A program made the position numbers and the translations under genes. The notes under the pieces were generated by a model. The model saw nothing but the letters and a program-made list of their open reading frames with translations. It was not told the DNA's origin and searched no databases. Shown piece after piece: positions 30,434 through 39,352 of a stretch of DNA of 64,000 nucleotides. The first letter of the stretch is position 1, and each line of letters starts with the position of its first letter. This DNA comes from Rhodoglobus sp. (GTDB lineage Bacteria > Actinomycetota > Actinomycetes > Actinomycetales > Microbacteriaceae): the NCBI GenBank assembly GCA_965279605.1, contig CBDIIE010000014.1, positions 95,165 through 159,164 of the forward strand, read 5' to 3'.

Positions 30434-30572
30434 CCACTTTACTCCACTTCGCACCACAAATCCATGGATTTTGCCCATGATGCGAAGTTTGTCTCAAAAC
30501 TCTCCAGTAAATATGGGGCCACTGACAGTGGAGGAAGGTGGAGGAAAAATCCACAAGATGGGAGAATTTTGG
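30434..30572. promoter_or_regulatory. MraZ operator: GTGG boxes at 10-bp period, two arrays in opposite orientation
   Basis: CCAC at 30434, 30444, 30454 (CCAT at 30462), overlapping a TAAAGT -10; GTGG at 30528 and 30538, ATGG at 30558. Confidence 0.7.
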
Positions 30573-30576
30573 GCAC

Positions 30577-30607
30577 AAAAAAGGACCAGCCCGAAGGCTG
30601 GCCCTTT
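30577..30607 (-). terminator. Intrinsic terminator after the DUF3040 gene
   Basis: AGGGCCAGCC-TTCG-GGCTGGTCCT followed by a T run on the minus strand. Confidence 0.85.
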
Positions 30608-30625
30608 ATCTAGAGAGGAAGTGGA

Positions 30626-31003
30626 CTACTCTCGCCCGTCCTGGCGACGATCCCACCGTTCGTTGAGGTTGTCCATAAAGCCGGATCCGGAGGATCGACG
30701 CTTCGTGGAGGGCGAGGGAGAAGGCATCTCGGCCGACCCGGCGCGCCGAGGCGGAGCAATGGCGAGAAGCACGCCCACGAACATGATCGCGAAGCCAAGG
30801 ACGCCGACAAGAGGCTGTCGAATGACTACTCCGGCGATAAGAGTGGCGATGCCCAAAACGGCCACGAGCACGCCCACGGCGATCATCGTGTAGCTCGTGC
30901 GGCCTCTGCGCTGGCTCGCCGTTGCAACGAAATCAGCGTCATTTTGATAGAGGCTGCGTTCCATCTCCTCCAGGAGGCGCTGCTCTTGCTCGGAAAGTGG
31001 CAT
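30626..31003 (-). CDS. DUF3040 membrane protein
   Basis: MPLSEQEQRLLEEMERSLYQND, two TMs, ERWDRR end; usual position upstream of mraZ. Confidence 0.92.
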   Translation of the reverse strand: MPLSEQEQRLLEEMERSLYQNDADFVATASQRRGRTSYTMIAVGVLVAVLGIATLIAGVVIRQPLVGVLGFAIMFVGVLLAIAPPRRAGSAEMPSPSPSTKRRSSGSGFMDNLNERWDRRQDGRE

Positions 31004-31073
31004 CCTGATCCCTTTCTGTGGAGATGGAGCTAGTAATCCATAGTACGCCCGGCGGCGTGGCTAGGCTAGACGG

Positions 31074-32192
31074 GTGGCTGAGAGTACCCGGTTAGTTGAC
31101 CTGATTCAACTGAGAATCGACGAGTTCCTCTCGGAGCGGCGCAGCGAGCTTGTGGTGATCGCTCCTGAGCTCGGCGAGGTGATGGATCTGGCGTCGGCCT
31201 ACCTCCAAGGGGGAAAGCGGTTCCGCGGACTCTTCTGCTACTGGGGCTGGCAGTCGGTCGCCGGAGCCGTTGACACACTCGATCCCCTGGCGGATGAGGA
31301 TGGATCCGCCGAGCTCCCCGCGATTGTTCTTGCCGCCGCCGCGCTCGAGGTGTTTCACGCTGCCGCGCTCGTTCACGACGACATCATGGACAACTCAGAC
31401 ACCCGTCGAGGGGCGCCATCCGCCCACCGGCAGTTCGAGCACCTCCACCGAGCGGAAGGCTGGACCGGTTCGCCCGACGCCTTCGGAACCTCATCGGCCC
31501 TTCTGCTGGGAGACCTCTTGTTGGGCTGGAGCGACGAGCTGTTCGACCGCGGCGGAGCGCTGCTCCCGCTGGACCAGGCGCGCGCCGGGCGGGTCGAGTT
31601 CGCAACGATGCGCACCGAGGTCACGGCCGGGCAATATCTTGACATCCTCGAGGAGAACGCCTGGGCCAATTACCCCGACTCGACGTCCCTCGCGCGGGCG
31701 CACCGCGTGATCGTGTACAAGTCGGCCAAGTACACCGCCGAAGCCCCACTCACGATCGGTGCAGCGCTGGGCGGCGGGACGCCGGCGCAACTCGCGAGCC
31801 TTCGGGCCTTCGGCCTCCCCCTCGGCGTTGCCTACCAGCTGCGAGATGACTTGCTCGGTGTGTTTGGCGACCCAGCGGTGACCGGCAAACCTGCGGGTGA
31901 CGACCTTCGCGAAGGAAAACGCACCGTACTCATTGCGCTGGCTCGTCCTCGCTTGCCTGTCCCCGTGCGCAACTTGATTGACGAGCTCCTGGGTGATCCC
32001 TCGCTGGACGAGGAGCAGGTCGCGATGATCAGGACTGCGCTGGTGGACTGCGGCGCGGTCGACGAGGTCGAACGGATCATCGCGCACAACGTCGACCTTG
32101 CGACGACTGCCATTCGGGATGCACCGCTCACCGCATCTTCTCGCGCGCAGTTGCTCCAGCTCGCGCAGACGGTGACCCGCCGCGCCGCGTAG
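31074..32192 (+). CDS. idsA: Polyprenyl diphosphate (GGPP-type) synthase
   Basis: GGKRFRG, FARM HDDIMD..TRRG, KSAKYT, SARM QLRDDLLG, DDLREGK. Confidence 0.9.
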   Translation: MAESTRLVDLIQLRIDEFLSERRSELVVIAPELGEVMDLASAYLQGGKRFRGLFCYWGWQSVAGAVDTLDPLADEDGSAELPAIVLAAAALEVFHAAALVHDDIMDNSDTRRGAPSAHRQFEHLHRAEGWTGSPDAFGTSSALLLGDLLLGWSDELFDRGGALLPLDQARAGRVEFATMRTEVTAGQYLDILEENAWANYPDSTSLARAHRVIVYKSAKYTAEAPLTIGAALGGGTPAQLASLRAFGLPLGVAYQLRDDLLGVFGDPAVTGKPAGDDLREGKRTVLIALARPRLPVPVRNLIDELLGDPSLDEEQVAMIRTALVDCGAVDEVERIIAHNVDLATTAIRDAPLTASSRAQLLQLAQTVTRRAA

Positions 32193-32201
32193 AACCCGAA
32201 G

Positions 32202-32543
32202 CTAGAAGCCGAGCGCCTGAGCGATACGCCGCACTTCGGCTTTGCGCCCGGCCAGGAGCGCGAGGACCGGACTTGTGCCGAGGCTCTCCTCCTCCGAGAG
32301 AAGCCAGTGCATCGCCTCCTCGTCGGTGTAGCCACTATCGCCGAGCACGATCAGCGTGCCCTTGAGCTCGTGCATCGGTTCGCCATTGACGATAAAGAGC
32401 TCAGGAACCTTCCACACGCCGTCGACACGACTGGCGAGAAGGGAGCGGTCCTCGATGAGTCGCCGCACCTGACTGACCTTCAGGCCCAGGATCTCGGTCA
32501 GGTCAGGGATGGTCAACCACTTGACCTCGGGTGTTTCCGTCAC
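32202..32543 (-). CDS. Rv2175c family DNA-binding protein
   Basis: WLTIPDL HTH, GTLIVLGDSGY..EEAMHWL, GRKAEVRR; syntenic with idsA and the kinase. Confidence 0.9.
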   Translation of the reverse strand: MTETPEVKWLTIPDLTEILGLKVSQVRRLIEDRSLLASRVDGVWKVPELFIVNGEPMHELKGTLIVLGDSGYTDEEAMHWLLSEEESLGTSPVLALLAGRKAEVRRIAQALGF

Positions 32544-32728
32544 TCTCCAAGAGTGCCACGGACCTGCCGAGGAGCATGGAGACCTGCCCTGATCTCAAAT
32601 GTTTCTAACATGTAAATTCAAACCACACCCGTCACGATAATTGACACTGATTAGCTTTTGTGACACGTTGGGGAAGTGCCATCTCTGCCGATGGCCAGCA
32701 CCTCCTCGGGCCGGGAGAAGGACGGAAC

Positions 32729-34127
32729 ATGACTGACACAGCTGCACACGAGTCGAACTCGGTTGCCCAGCACGTCTTCGGAGGACTCGTCCCCACGCTC
32801 CAGGAGCCCACGTCACATCACAATGACCGGCTCGCCCGGGGGCGTTCGACACACCGTTCCGATCCTCCTGGTCGGATCGATGGCCGCGATTACCCTCAAC
32901 CTCACCGGTCCCATCGAACCCGCCGAGGCGAAGCCCCCCGTGAAGCCCCGCGGTGCGACGGCAGAGCTGGGAAAGTCCATCAAGGAAGCCATGGCGACCG
33001 CCTCGGCCGCGCTTCGCTCCACCGGGGCGACCATCGCTCGAGCCGCAACGCCCGCCCCACCGACCTACACGGTCGCCGCCGGTGACACCGTGAGCGATAT
33101 TGCTGGCAGATTTGGTCTCTCTACTGCGTCGGTGCTCGCGCTCAATGGCCTGAGCTGGTCGTCACTGATATTTCCCGGTCAACAGCTGCAGCTGACGAAC
33201 GGCGCACCCCTGCCGGTCATTGATGACACCCCCGCCGAGCCGACCCCCAGCGGCCGGTACACGATCGTCGCCGGCGACACCATCAGCGCCATTGCCGACC
33301 GCTTTGGAGTCTCCACGCTCTCGATCCTGACGGCCAACGGTTTGGGGTGGTCGAGCATCATCTACCCGGGCCAGACCCTGGCGATCCCGGGTCTGGTCGG
33401 GCCGGGAACCCCTTCGCCCGAGAATGACCCCGCCCCGGAGGTGCCCGTCGCCTACGTGGAGCCGGTGGTTGCGGCTCCCGAGCCCGAGCCTGCCCCGGTG
33501 GTCGCGCCTCCGGTCGAGACCCCAGCGCCCGCCCCGGTCTATGGCAGCTACACCGTCGTGTCGGGCGACACACTCTCGGGAATCGCGACCCGATTTGGCA
33601 TCGACACCCAACAGCTTCTGGATGCAAACGGTCTTGTCTGGGACAGCCTGATCTTCACCGGAGACATCCTGAACATCCCCGAAGGAAGCACCCCGGCGGC
33701 CACCGGTGGCTCGATCACCTACCTTGACGAGGAGATGCGGGCCAATGCCGCAGTAATCGTGCAGGTAGGCCGCGAGCTCGGTGTGCCCGACTACGGGATT
33801 ATCATCGCTCTCGCCACTGCCATGCAGGAGTCGAGTATGCGCAACCTTGACTGGGGTGACCGCGACTCGGTGGGACTCTTCCAGCAGCGCCCAAGCTCGG
33901 GGTGGGGCACTGTCGAGCAGCTCACCACACCTGCTCACGCCGCTCGGCTCTTCTACGGTGGGCCCAGCAACCCGAATGCGGGATACACCCGTGGACTGTT
34001 GGACATCTCGGGATGGGAATCGATGCCGCTCGCGGCCGCTGCACAGGCCGTTCAGATTTCGGCATTCCCGGACGCCTACGCGAAGTGGGAAGAATCGGCG
34101 CGTGCCTGGTTTGCCGAACTGGGCTAA
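32729..34127 (+). CDS. Secreted 3xLysM protein with a C-terminal lysozyme-like domain; probable frameshift near 32840
   Basis: Three YT(V/I)VxGDT LysM repeats, Pro-rich linker, ATAMQESS...SVGLFQQR; ATG with a GGAGAAGG RBS at 32729 is out of frame with the body ORF 32763..34127. Confidence 0.8.
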
Positions 34128-34179
34128 AGTCACCGTGTCTAGTGGCGTTCTCGCAAGTCGCCAACTTTAGACTTGGGCG

Positions 34180-36129
34180 GTGAGCGTCAATAGCACCGAC
34201 CCGATGATCGGTCGTCTTCTCGACGGCAGATATCAGGTCCGCTCACGAATCGCGCGCGGTGGCATGGCCACCGTGTATCTCGCCACGGATCTGCGCCTGG
34301 AGCGCCGGGTCGCCATCAAGATCATGCACGGGCACCTGGCCGACGATAGCCAGTTCAAGGAGCGCTTCATTCAGGAGGCCCGCTCGGCCGCGCGACTCGC
34401 CCATCCCAACGTCGTGAACGTCTTCGATCAGGGCCAGGACAGCGACATGGCGTACCTCGTGATGGAGTACCTGCCCGGCATTACTCTGCGGGAACTCCTT
34501 CAGGAGCACCGCATCCTCACGACCGAGCAGACCCTCGACATCATGGAGGCGGTGCTCGCGGGTCTCGCCGCGGCGCACAAGGCCGGCATTGTGCACCGCG
34601 ATCTCAAGCCCGAGAACGTTCTGCTGGCCGACGATGGCCGAATCAAGATCGGCGACTTTGGGCTGGCGCGGGCGGCCAGCGCCAACACGGCCACGGGTGC
34701 TGCGCTCCTCGGCACGATTGCCTATCTCTCCCCCGAGCTGGTGACACGCGGCGTCGCAGACACCCGCAGTGACATCTACGCGGTCGGCATCATGATGTTC
34801 GAGATGCTCGTGGGTGAACAGCCCTTTAAGGGCGAGCAGCCCATGCAGATCGCGTACCAGCACGCGAACGACTCAGTTCCGGCACCGAGCAGCAGGAACC
34901 CCAAGGTGCCCGCCGAACTCGACGAGCTGGTGCTCTGGGCAGCGGCACGCGAGCCAGACGACCGCCCGCGGGATGCTCGGGCACTCCTTGACCGATTGTT
35001 CGAGACCCACAGCGCGCTGATGACGGCGCTGCCCACAAGTGGCCCACCCACCCAGAGAACCATGGTCATGCCCAGCGCAACGCCCGCGGTTCACGCCACG
35101 GCGGAGACCCAAGTCCTTGGCTCGCGCCAGCGACAGTCGACGGCACCGGTGCCGGATGCCGCGGTCGCTCTCGCCGCCAAGACGGGAGCGCGGAAAAGGC
35201 GCGGCTGGTGGATCTTCGGCGCAATTGTTCTGCTGGCCACCCTTGCCTCGGGAGTGGGCTGGTGGTTCGGGGCTGGTCCGGGGTCATCAGTAACCGTGCC
35301 CGAGGACATCGCCGGATTGTCGGTCGAGGAGGCGACGGCACGGCTCGAGGCACTCGGCCTCACCGTCAGCGAGACAACGGGCGAGACAAACGACCCGGTC
35401 GTCGCCGTGGGACTTGTGGCCAACACCACTCCCCCCATCGGTGAGCAGATCCGGCGCGGCGGTGAGATCCAATTGCTCCTGTCGATCGGGCCACGCCTCA
35501 TCGACTTCACCATCACCCAGGGAATGACCGAGGCCGATGCCCTCGCGACGATCGACGCGGCGCCGTTTACGTTGGTCGAGCCGATCATCCGGCAGTTCGA
35601 TTCGTCGGTAGCCCAGGGGCTCGTGATTGACGCTGTCGGCGCGGACGGCGCATCGCTCGTGGGCACGGCACAGTACGGCGAGCTTCAACCCGTGACGCTT
35701 ATCGTCTCCGCGGGGGCAGTTCCCGATGTGGGGGGCATGGCCCCCGACGAGGCAATTAGAGTCCTGGGCGGGGTGGGCCTGACCGCAACAACTGGCCCCG
35801 AAGAGTTCAGCGACTTCCCCCAGGGCACAGTCTCGCGAATTGACCCCGAGCCGAACACGGACGGTGTGCCGCGGGTGCTTCGCGTGAACGACTCGGTCAC
35901 GCTCATCCTCTCTCGAGGCCCCGACCTCGTGCAGGTCCCGGATGTGATCGGCGACAACATTGCGGCGGCCAAGGCCGAGCTGGAAGCGGCGGGCTTCCAG
36001 GTCGAGGTGAACTCCCTGATACCCGAGGCGTCCTGGGACAACAACCTCGCAGTGGTCGCGTCGACGAGTCCTGGCCCCGGGGAACTCGCCAAACGTGGTT
36101 CTCTCGTGACCATCACTGGTGAGATCTAG
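34180..36129 (+). CDS. pknB: Stk1/PknB-family PASTA Ser/Thr kinase (at the mycobacterial pknL locus)
   Basis: GGMATVY, VAIK, HRDLKPEN, DFGLA, one TM, PASTA repeats. Confidence 0.93.
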   Translation: MSVNSTDPMIGRLLDGRYQVRSRIARGGMATVYLATDLRLERRVAIKIMHGHLADDSQFKERFIQEARSAARLAHPNVVNVFDQGQDSDMAYLVMEYLPGITLRELLQEHRILTTEQTLDIMEAVLAGLAAAHKAGIVHRDLKPENVLLADDGRIKIGDFGLARAASANTATGAALLGTIAYLSPELVTRGVADTRSDIYAVGIMMFEMLVGEQPFKGEQPMQIAYQHANDSVPAPSSRNPKVPAELDELVLWAAAREPDDRPRDARALLDRLFETHSALMTALPTSGPPTQRTMVMPSATPAVHATAETQVLGSRQRQSTAPVPDAAVALAAKTGARKRRGWWIFGAIVLLATLASGVGWWFGAGPGSSVTVPEDIAGLSVEEATARLEALGLTVSETTGETNDPVVAVGLVANTTPPIGEQIRRGGEIQLLLSIGPRLIDFTITQGMTEADALATIDAAPFTLVEPIIRQFDSSVAQGLVIDAVGADGASLVGTAQYGELQPVTLIVSAGAVPDVGGMAPDEAIRVLGGVGLTATTGPEEFSDFPQGTVSRIDPEPNTDGVPRVLRVNDSVTLILSRGPDLVQVPDVIGDNIAAAKAELEAAGFQVEVNSLIPEASWDNNLAVVASTSPGPGELAKRGSLVTITGEI

Positions 36130-36136
36130 GCCAACC

Positions 36137-37507
36137 CTAGAACGCGGTCAGTTCCTCCGCGACGAGGAAAGCGAGCTCGAGCGACTGCATGTGGTTCAGT
36201 CGGGGGTCGCACAGGGACTCGTAGCGCGTAGCGAGGGTCTCCTCGTCGATCTGCTCGGAGCCACCGAGGCATTCCGTGACGTCATCACCCGTGAGCTCCA
36301 CGTGGATACCACCAGGGTAGGTTCCCGCCGCCTTGTGTGCCTCGAAGAAGCCCTTGACCTCGTCCACCACGTCGTCAAAACGACGCGTCTTGTAGCCGTT
36401 GGGGGTGGTGAGTCCGTTGCCGTGCATCGGGTCGGTCACCCACAGCGGCGTCGCGTCGATCGACTTGATGCCCTCCAGGAGCGGGGGCAGGGCGTCCCGG
36501 ATCTTGCCCGCACCCATACGCGTGATAAACGTCAGGCGACCGGGCTCGCGGTGAGGGTCGAGCTTGTCGATCAGGCGTTTCATGTCGTCTACCGTCGTGG
36601 ACGGACCCAGCTTCACGCCAATGGGGTTGCGCACGCGGGAGAAGTAGTCGACATGGGCCCCGTCGATCTCGCGAGTTCGTTCACCGATCCACAGGAAGTG
36701 CGCGCTCGTGTTGTAGGGGGTGCCGGTGCGCGAGTCGATGCGCGTCATGGGTCGCTCGTAGTCCATCAGGAGGCCCTCGTGGCCCGTGTAGAACTCGACG
36801 CGCTTCAGCTCGTCGAAGTCCGCCCCGGCCGCCTCCATGAACTTGATCGCGCGGTCGATCTCCGCCGCAACCTGCTCGTATCGGCGATTCGCGGGGTTCG
36901 AGGCGAATCCCTTGTTCCACGAGTGCACCTGCCGCAGGTCGGCGAAGCCACCCTGGGTGAACGCTCGAACCAAGTTCAGCGTCGAGGCGGCCGTGTGGTA
37001 GCCCTCGACGAGCCGCGCGGGATCAGCCGTACGCGACTCGGGAGTGAAGTCGTAGCCGTTGACGATGTCGCCGCGGTAGGCCGGGAGGGTAACCTCGCCC
37101 CGAGTCTCGGTGTCGCTGGACCGAGGCTTGGCGAACTGGCCAGCCATTCGCCCCATCTTGACGATCGGCTTCGAGGCTCCATACGTGAGCACCACTGCCA
37201 TCTGCAGTATCGTCTTGACCCGATCACGGATCTGCTGGGCAGTTGCGCCCGCGAAGGTTTCGGCACAGTCGCCGCCCTGCAGCAGGAACGCGTCTCCCTG
37301 TGCTGCACGAGCCAGACGATCGCGCAGGATGTCGACCTCGCCAGCGAAGACTAGTGGGGGCAAGGTCGCAATCTTGTCTGACGCCTCGCCGACCGCGTCG
37401 GGGTCGGGCCACTCGGGCTGCTGCTTGATCGGAAGGGTCCGCCAATGGTCAAGTCCCGCGACCACCGCGGGATCAGCGAGCACAACGGGTTCCGACGGGT
37501 CTACCAC
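36137..37507 (-). CDS. aroG: Class II DAHP synthase
   Basis: QGGDCAE, GRMAGQFAKPRS, WIGERTR, DPMHGN, CDPRLN; GTG after an AAGGA RBS. Confidence 0.93.
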   Translation of the reverse strand: MVDPSEPVVLADPAVVAGLDHWRTLPIKQQPEWPDPDAVGEASDKIATLPPLVFAGEVDILRDRLARAAQGDAFLLQGGDCAETFAGATAQQIRDRVKTILQMAVVLTYGASKPIVKMGRMAGQFAKPRSSDTETRGEVTLPAYRGDIVNGYDFTPESRTADPARLVEGYHTAASTLNLVRAFTQGGFADLRQVHSWNKGFASNPANRRYEQVAAEIDRAIKFMEAAGADFDELKRVEFYTGHEGLLMDYERPMTRIDSRTGTPYNTSAHFLWIGERTREIDGAHVDYFSRVRNPIGVKLGPSTTVDDMKRLIDKLDPHREPGRLTFITRMGAGKIRDALPPLLEGIKSIDATPLWVTDPMHGNGLTTPNGYKTRRFDDVVDEVKGFFEAHKAAGTYPGGIHVELTGDDVTECLGGSEQIDEETLATRYESLCDPRLNHMQSLELAFLVAEELTAF

Positions 37508-37587
37508 GAGAATTCCTTGGGTCACGAAGAAGTGGGTGGGCAAACAGCCCCGGGGATCGAGCTTAGTGGGCGCCTCGAGCGCATCCG

Positions 37588-38277
37588 TCAGCGAGCGCGG
37601 CTGACCAGCTTTTCACGGACCGATGAGGCGTACACGTCGACGTACTCCTGCCCACTGATGCGACTGAGCTCGTACATGATCTCGTCGGTAATGGAGCGAA
37701 GGATAAAACGATCCCCCTCCATACCTTCGAAGCGAGTGAAGTCCAGCGGCTCGCCGAACACAATTCCGATGCGCCGAACCTTGGGCAGTTTCGAACCGAT
37801 GGGCATCACTTTCTCGGTATCGATCATGGCGACCGGGACAACGGGAACGTGGGCCTCGAGAATCATACGAGCAACGCCCGTGCGACCGCGATACAGCTTG
37901 GCATCCGGGCTGCGGGTTCCCTCGGGATAAATTCCCAGGACGTCGCCCTTGGCGAGCACGCCCAGACCGGTGTTGAGGGATGCCTCTGAGGCCTTGCCAC
38001 CGGATCGGTCGATGGGCAACATCCCAGTGCCCAGCAGGAAGTGCTTGATGACCCAGCCCTTGAAGTCCTTACCGACGAAATAGTCGCTCTTGGCAAGGAA
38101 GTAGATACGACGGTCAACAACGAGTGGCAAAATCACCGAGTCGATCACCGAGAGGTGGTTGCTCGCGAGGATCACCGCGCCGGTCTTGGGAATGTTCTCA
38201 AGACCCGAGACCCACGGCCGAAACACCGTCTTGAGGATAGGACCCGCGACGAGGTTCTTCATGAACCAGTAGAACAT
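37588..38277 (-). CDS. plsC: Lysophospholipid acyltransferase (PlsC family)
   Basis: NHLSVID (HX4D), FLAKSDYF, YPEGTRS. Confidence 0.9.
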   Translation of the reverse strand: MFYWFMKNLVAGPILKTVFRPWVSGLENIPKTGAVILASNHLSVIDSVILPLVVDRRIYFLAKSDYFVGKDFKGWVIKHFLLGTGMLPIDRSGGKASEASLNTGLGVLAKGDVLGIYPEGTRSPDAKLYRGRTGVARMILEAHVPVVPVAMIDTEKVMPIGSKLPKVRRIGIVFGEPLDFTRFEGMEGDRFILRSITDEIMYELSRISGQEYVDVYASSVREKLVSRAR

Positions 38278-38304
38278 CCCGCTCCCTGCCGCCGTGGTAA
38301 AGGT

Positions 38305-39255
38305 CTACTGTACCGCGCGCGAATGGATGCGGGCGAGATCGGCGGCACCGACGACTCCCGCATCGTTGACAAGCTCGGCGATCACAAACTCGGGCTCGGG
38401 GTGGTAGCCCCGCGCCGGCAAATGCTGACGGAAGGCTTCACGCACGGGGTCAAGCAAGAGGTCACCCGCTACGGCCACTCCTCCACCAAACACGAAGATC
38501 TCCGGGTCGAGGATGGCGCTGAGACTCGCGCACGCCTGACCCAGGGAGTGCCCGAGCTGTTCGAGGGCGTGGACCGCGCCCGGGTCACCCGCGGCGATGA
38601 GCTCGCCCACAATTGCACCGTCAAGCCTGCCGTGCTGGCGCCGTGCATCCGCCAGCGCCAGGCCAATTCCTCCGACGTCCGCGATCTCGTTGGCGAGGCG
38701 CAGAAGGGCACGGCCCGAGCCGTACTGCTCGATGCATCCACGCGCACCACACCCACAGGGCAGCCCCTCGGGAACGAGTCTCATGTGGCCGAGCTCCGCA
38801 CCCGCACCAAATCCGCCGCGGAACAAGCGCCCCGCTGTCACAATCGCGCCACCCACTCCGGTGCCGATCGTCAGCATGGTCATGTCCTGAACATGGCGCC
38901 CCGCGCCGAACCGATACTCGGCCCAGCCTGCCGCGTTGGCGTCGTTGTCGATTGTGACGTCGATTCCGAGACGCTCGGTCAGACGATCTCGGAGCGGCTC
39001 ATTGCGCCAGCTGATGTTCGGCGTGTAGTACACCGTGCTCTGCGCACTGTCGATGAATCCGGGCGCCGCGACGCCTGCGGCGACAATGTCGTACCCGCGG
39101 GACAGCGAGGTGACCATGTCCACGACCGCGTCGATGATGGCCTGCGAATCACCCGCCTGCGTGGCCACGCGATCCTCGGCGATGATCTCGCCTGCCTCTG
39201 TCACGACCGCTCCCGCGATCTTGGTTCCCCCGATGTCGATTCCGATGGCATGCAC
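38305..39255 (-). CDS. glk: ROK family glucokinase
   Basis: GIDIGGTK, NDANAA, TIGTGVGG, ELGH, CGCGARGCIE. Confidence 0.9.
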   Translation of the reverse strand: MHAIGIDIGGTKIAGAVVTEAGEIIAEDRVATQAGDSQAIIDAVVDMVTSLSRGYDIVAAGVAAPGFIDSAQSTVYYTPNISWRNEPLRDRLTERLGIDVTIDNDANAAGWAEYRFGAGRHVQDMTMLTIGTGVGGAIVTAGRLFRGGFGAGAELGHMRLVPEGLPCGCGARGCIEQYGSGRALLRLANEIADVGGIGLALADARRQHGRLDGAIVGELIAAGDPGAVHALEQLGHSLGQACASLSAILDPEIFVFGGGVAVAGDLLLDPVREAFRQHLPARGYHPEPEFVIAELVNDAGVVGAADLARIHSRAVQ

Positions 39256-39352
39256 GGATGACGAGCTTACCGGCGCGTGAGCGGCGTGGTTTCCCGAAGA
39301 TTCCCCGGTTAGAGTAGAAGAAATGACCGCGACCGGTACCAAAGGAGTTGCC

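Noticed and set aside
5155-32860. Programmed ribosomal frameshifting or genome decay as the cause of the split genes
   Set aside because: No shared slippery heptamer or stimulatory structure, the shifts fall in unrelated essential genes, and there are no deletions or other decay
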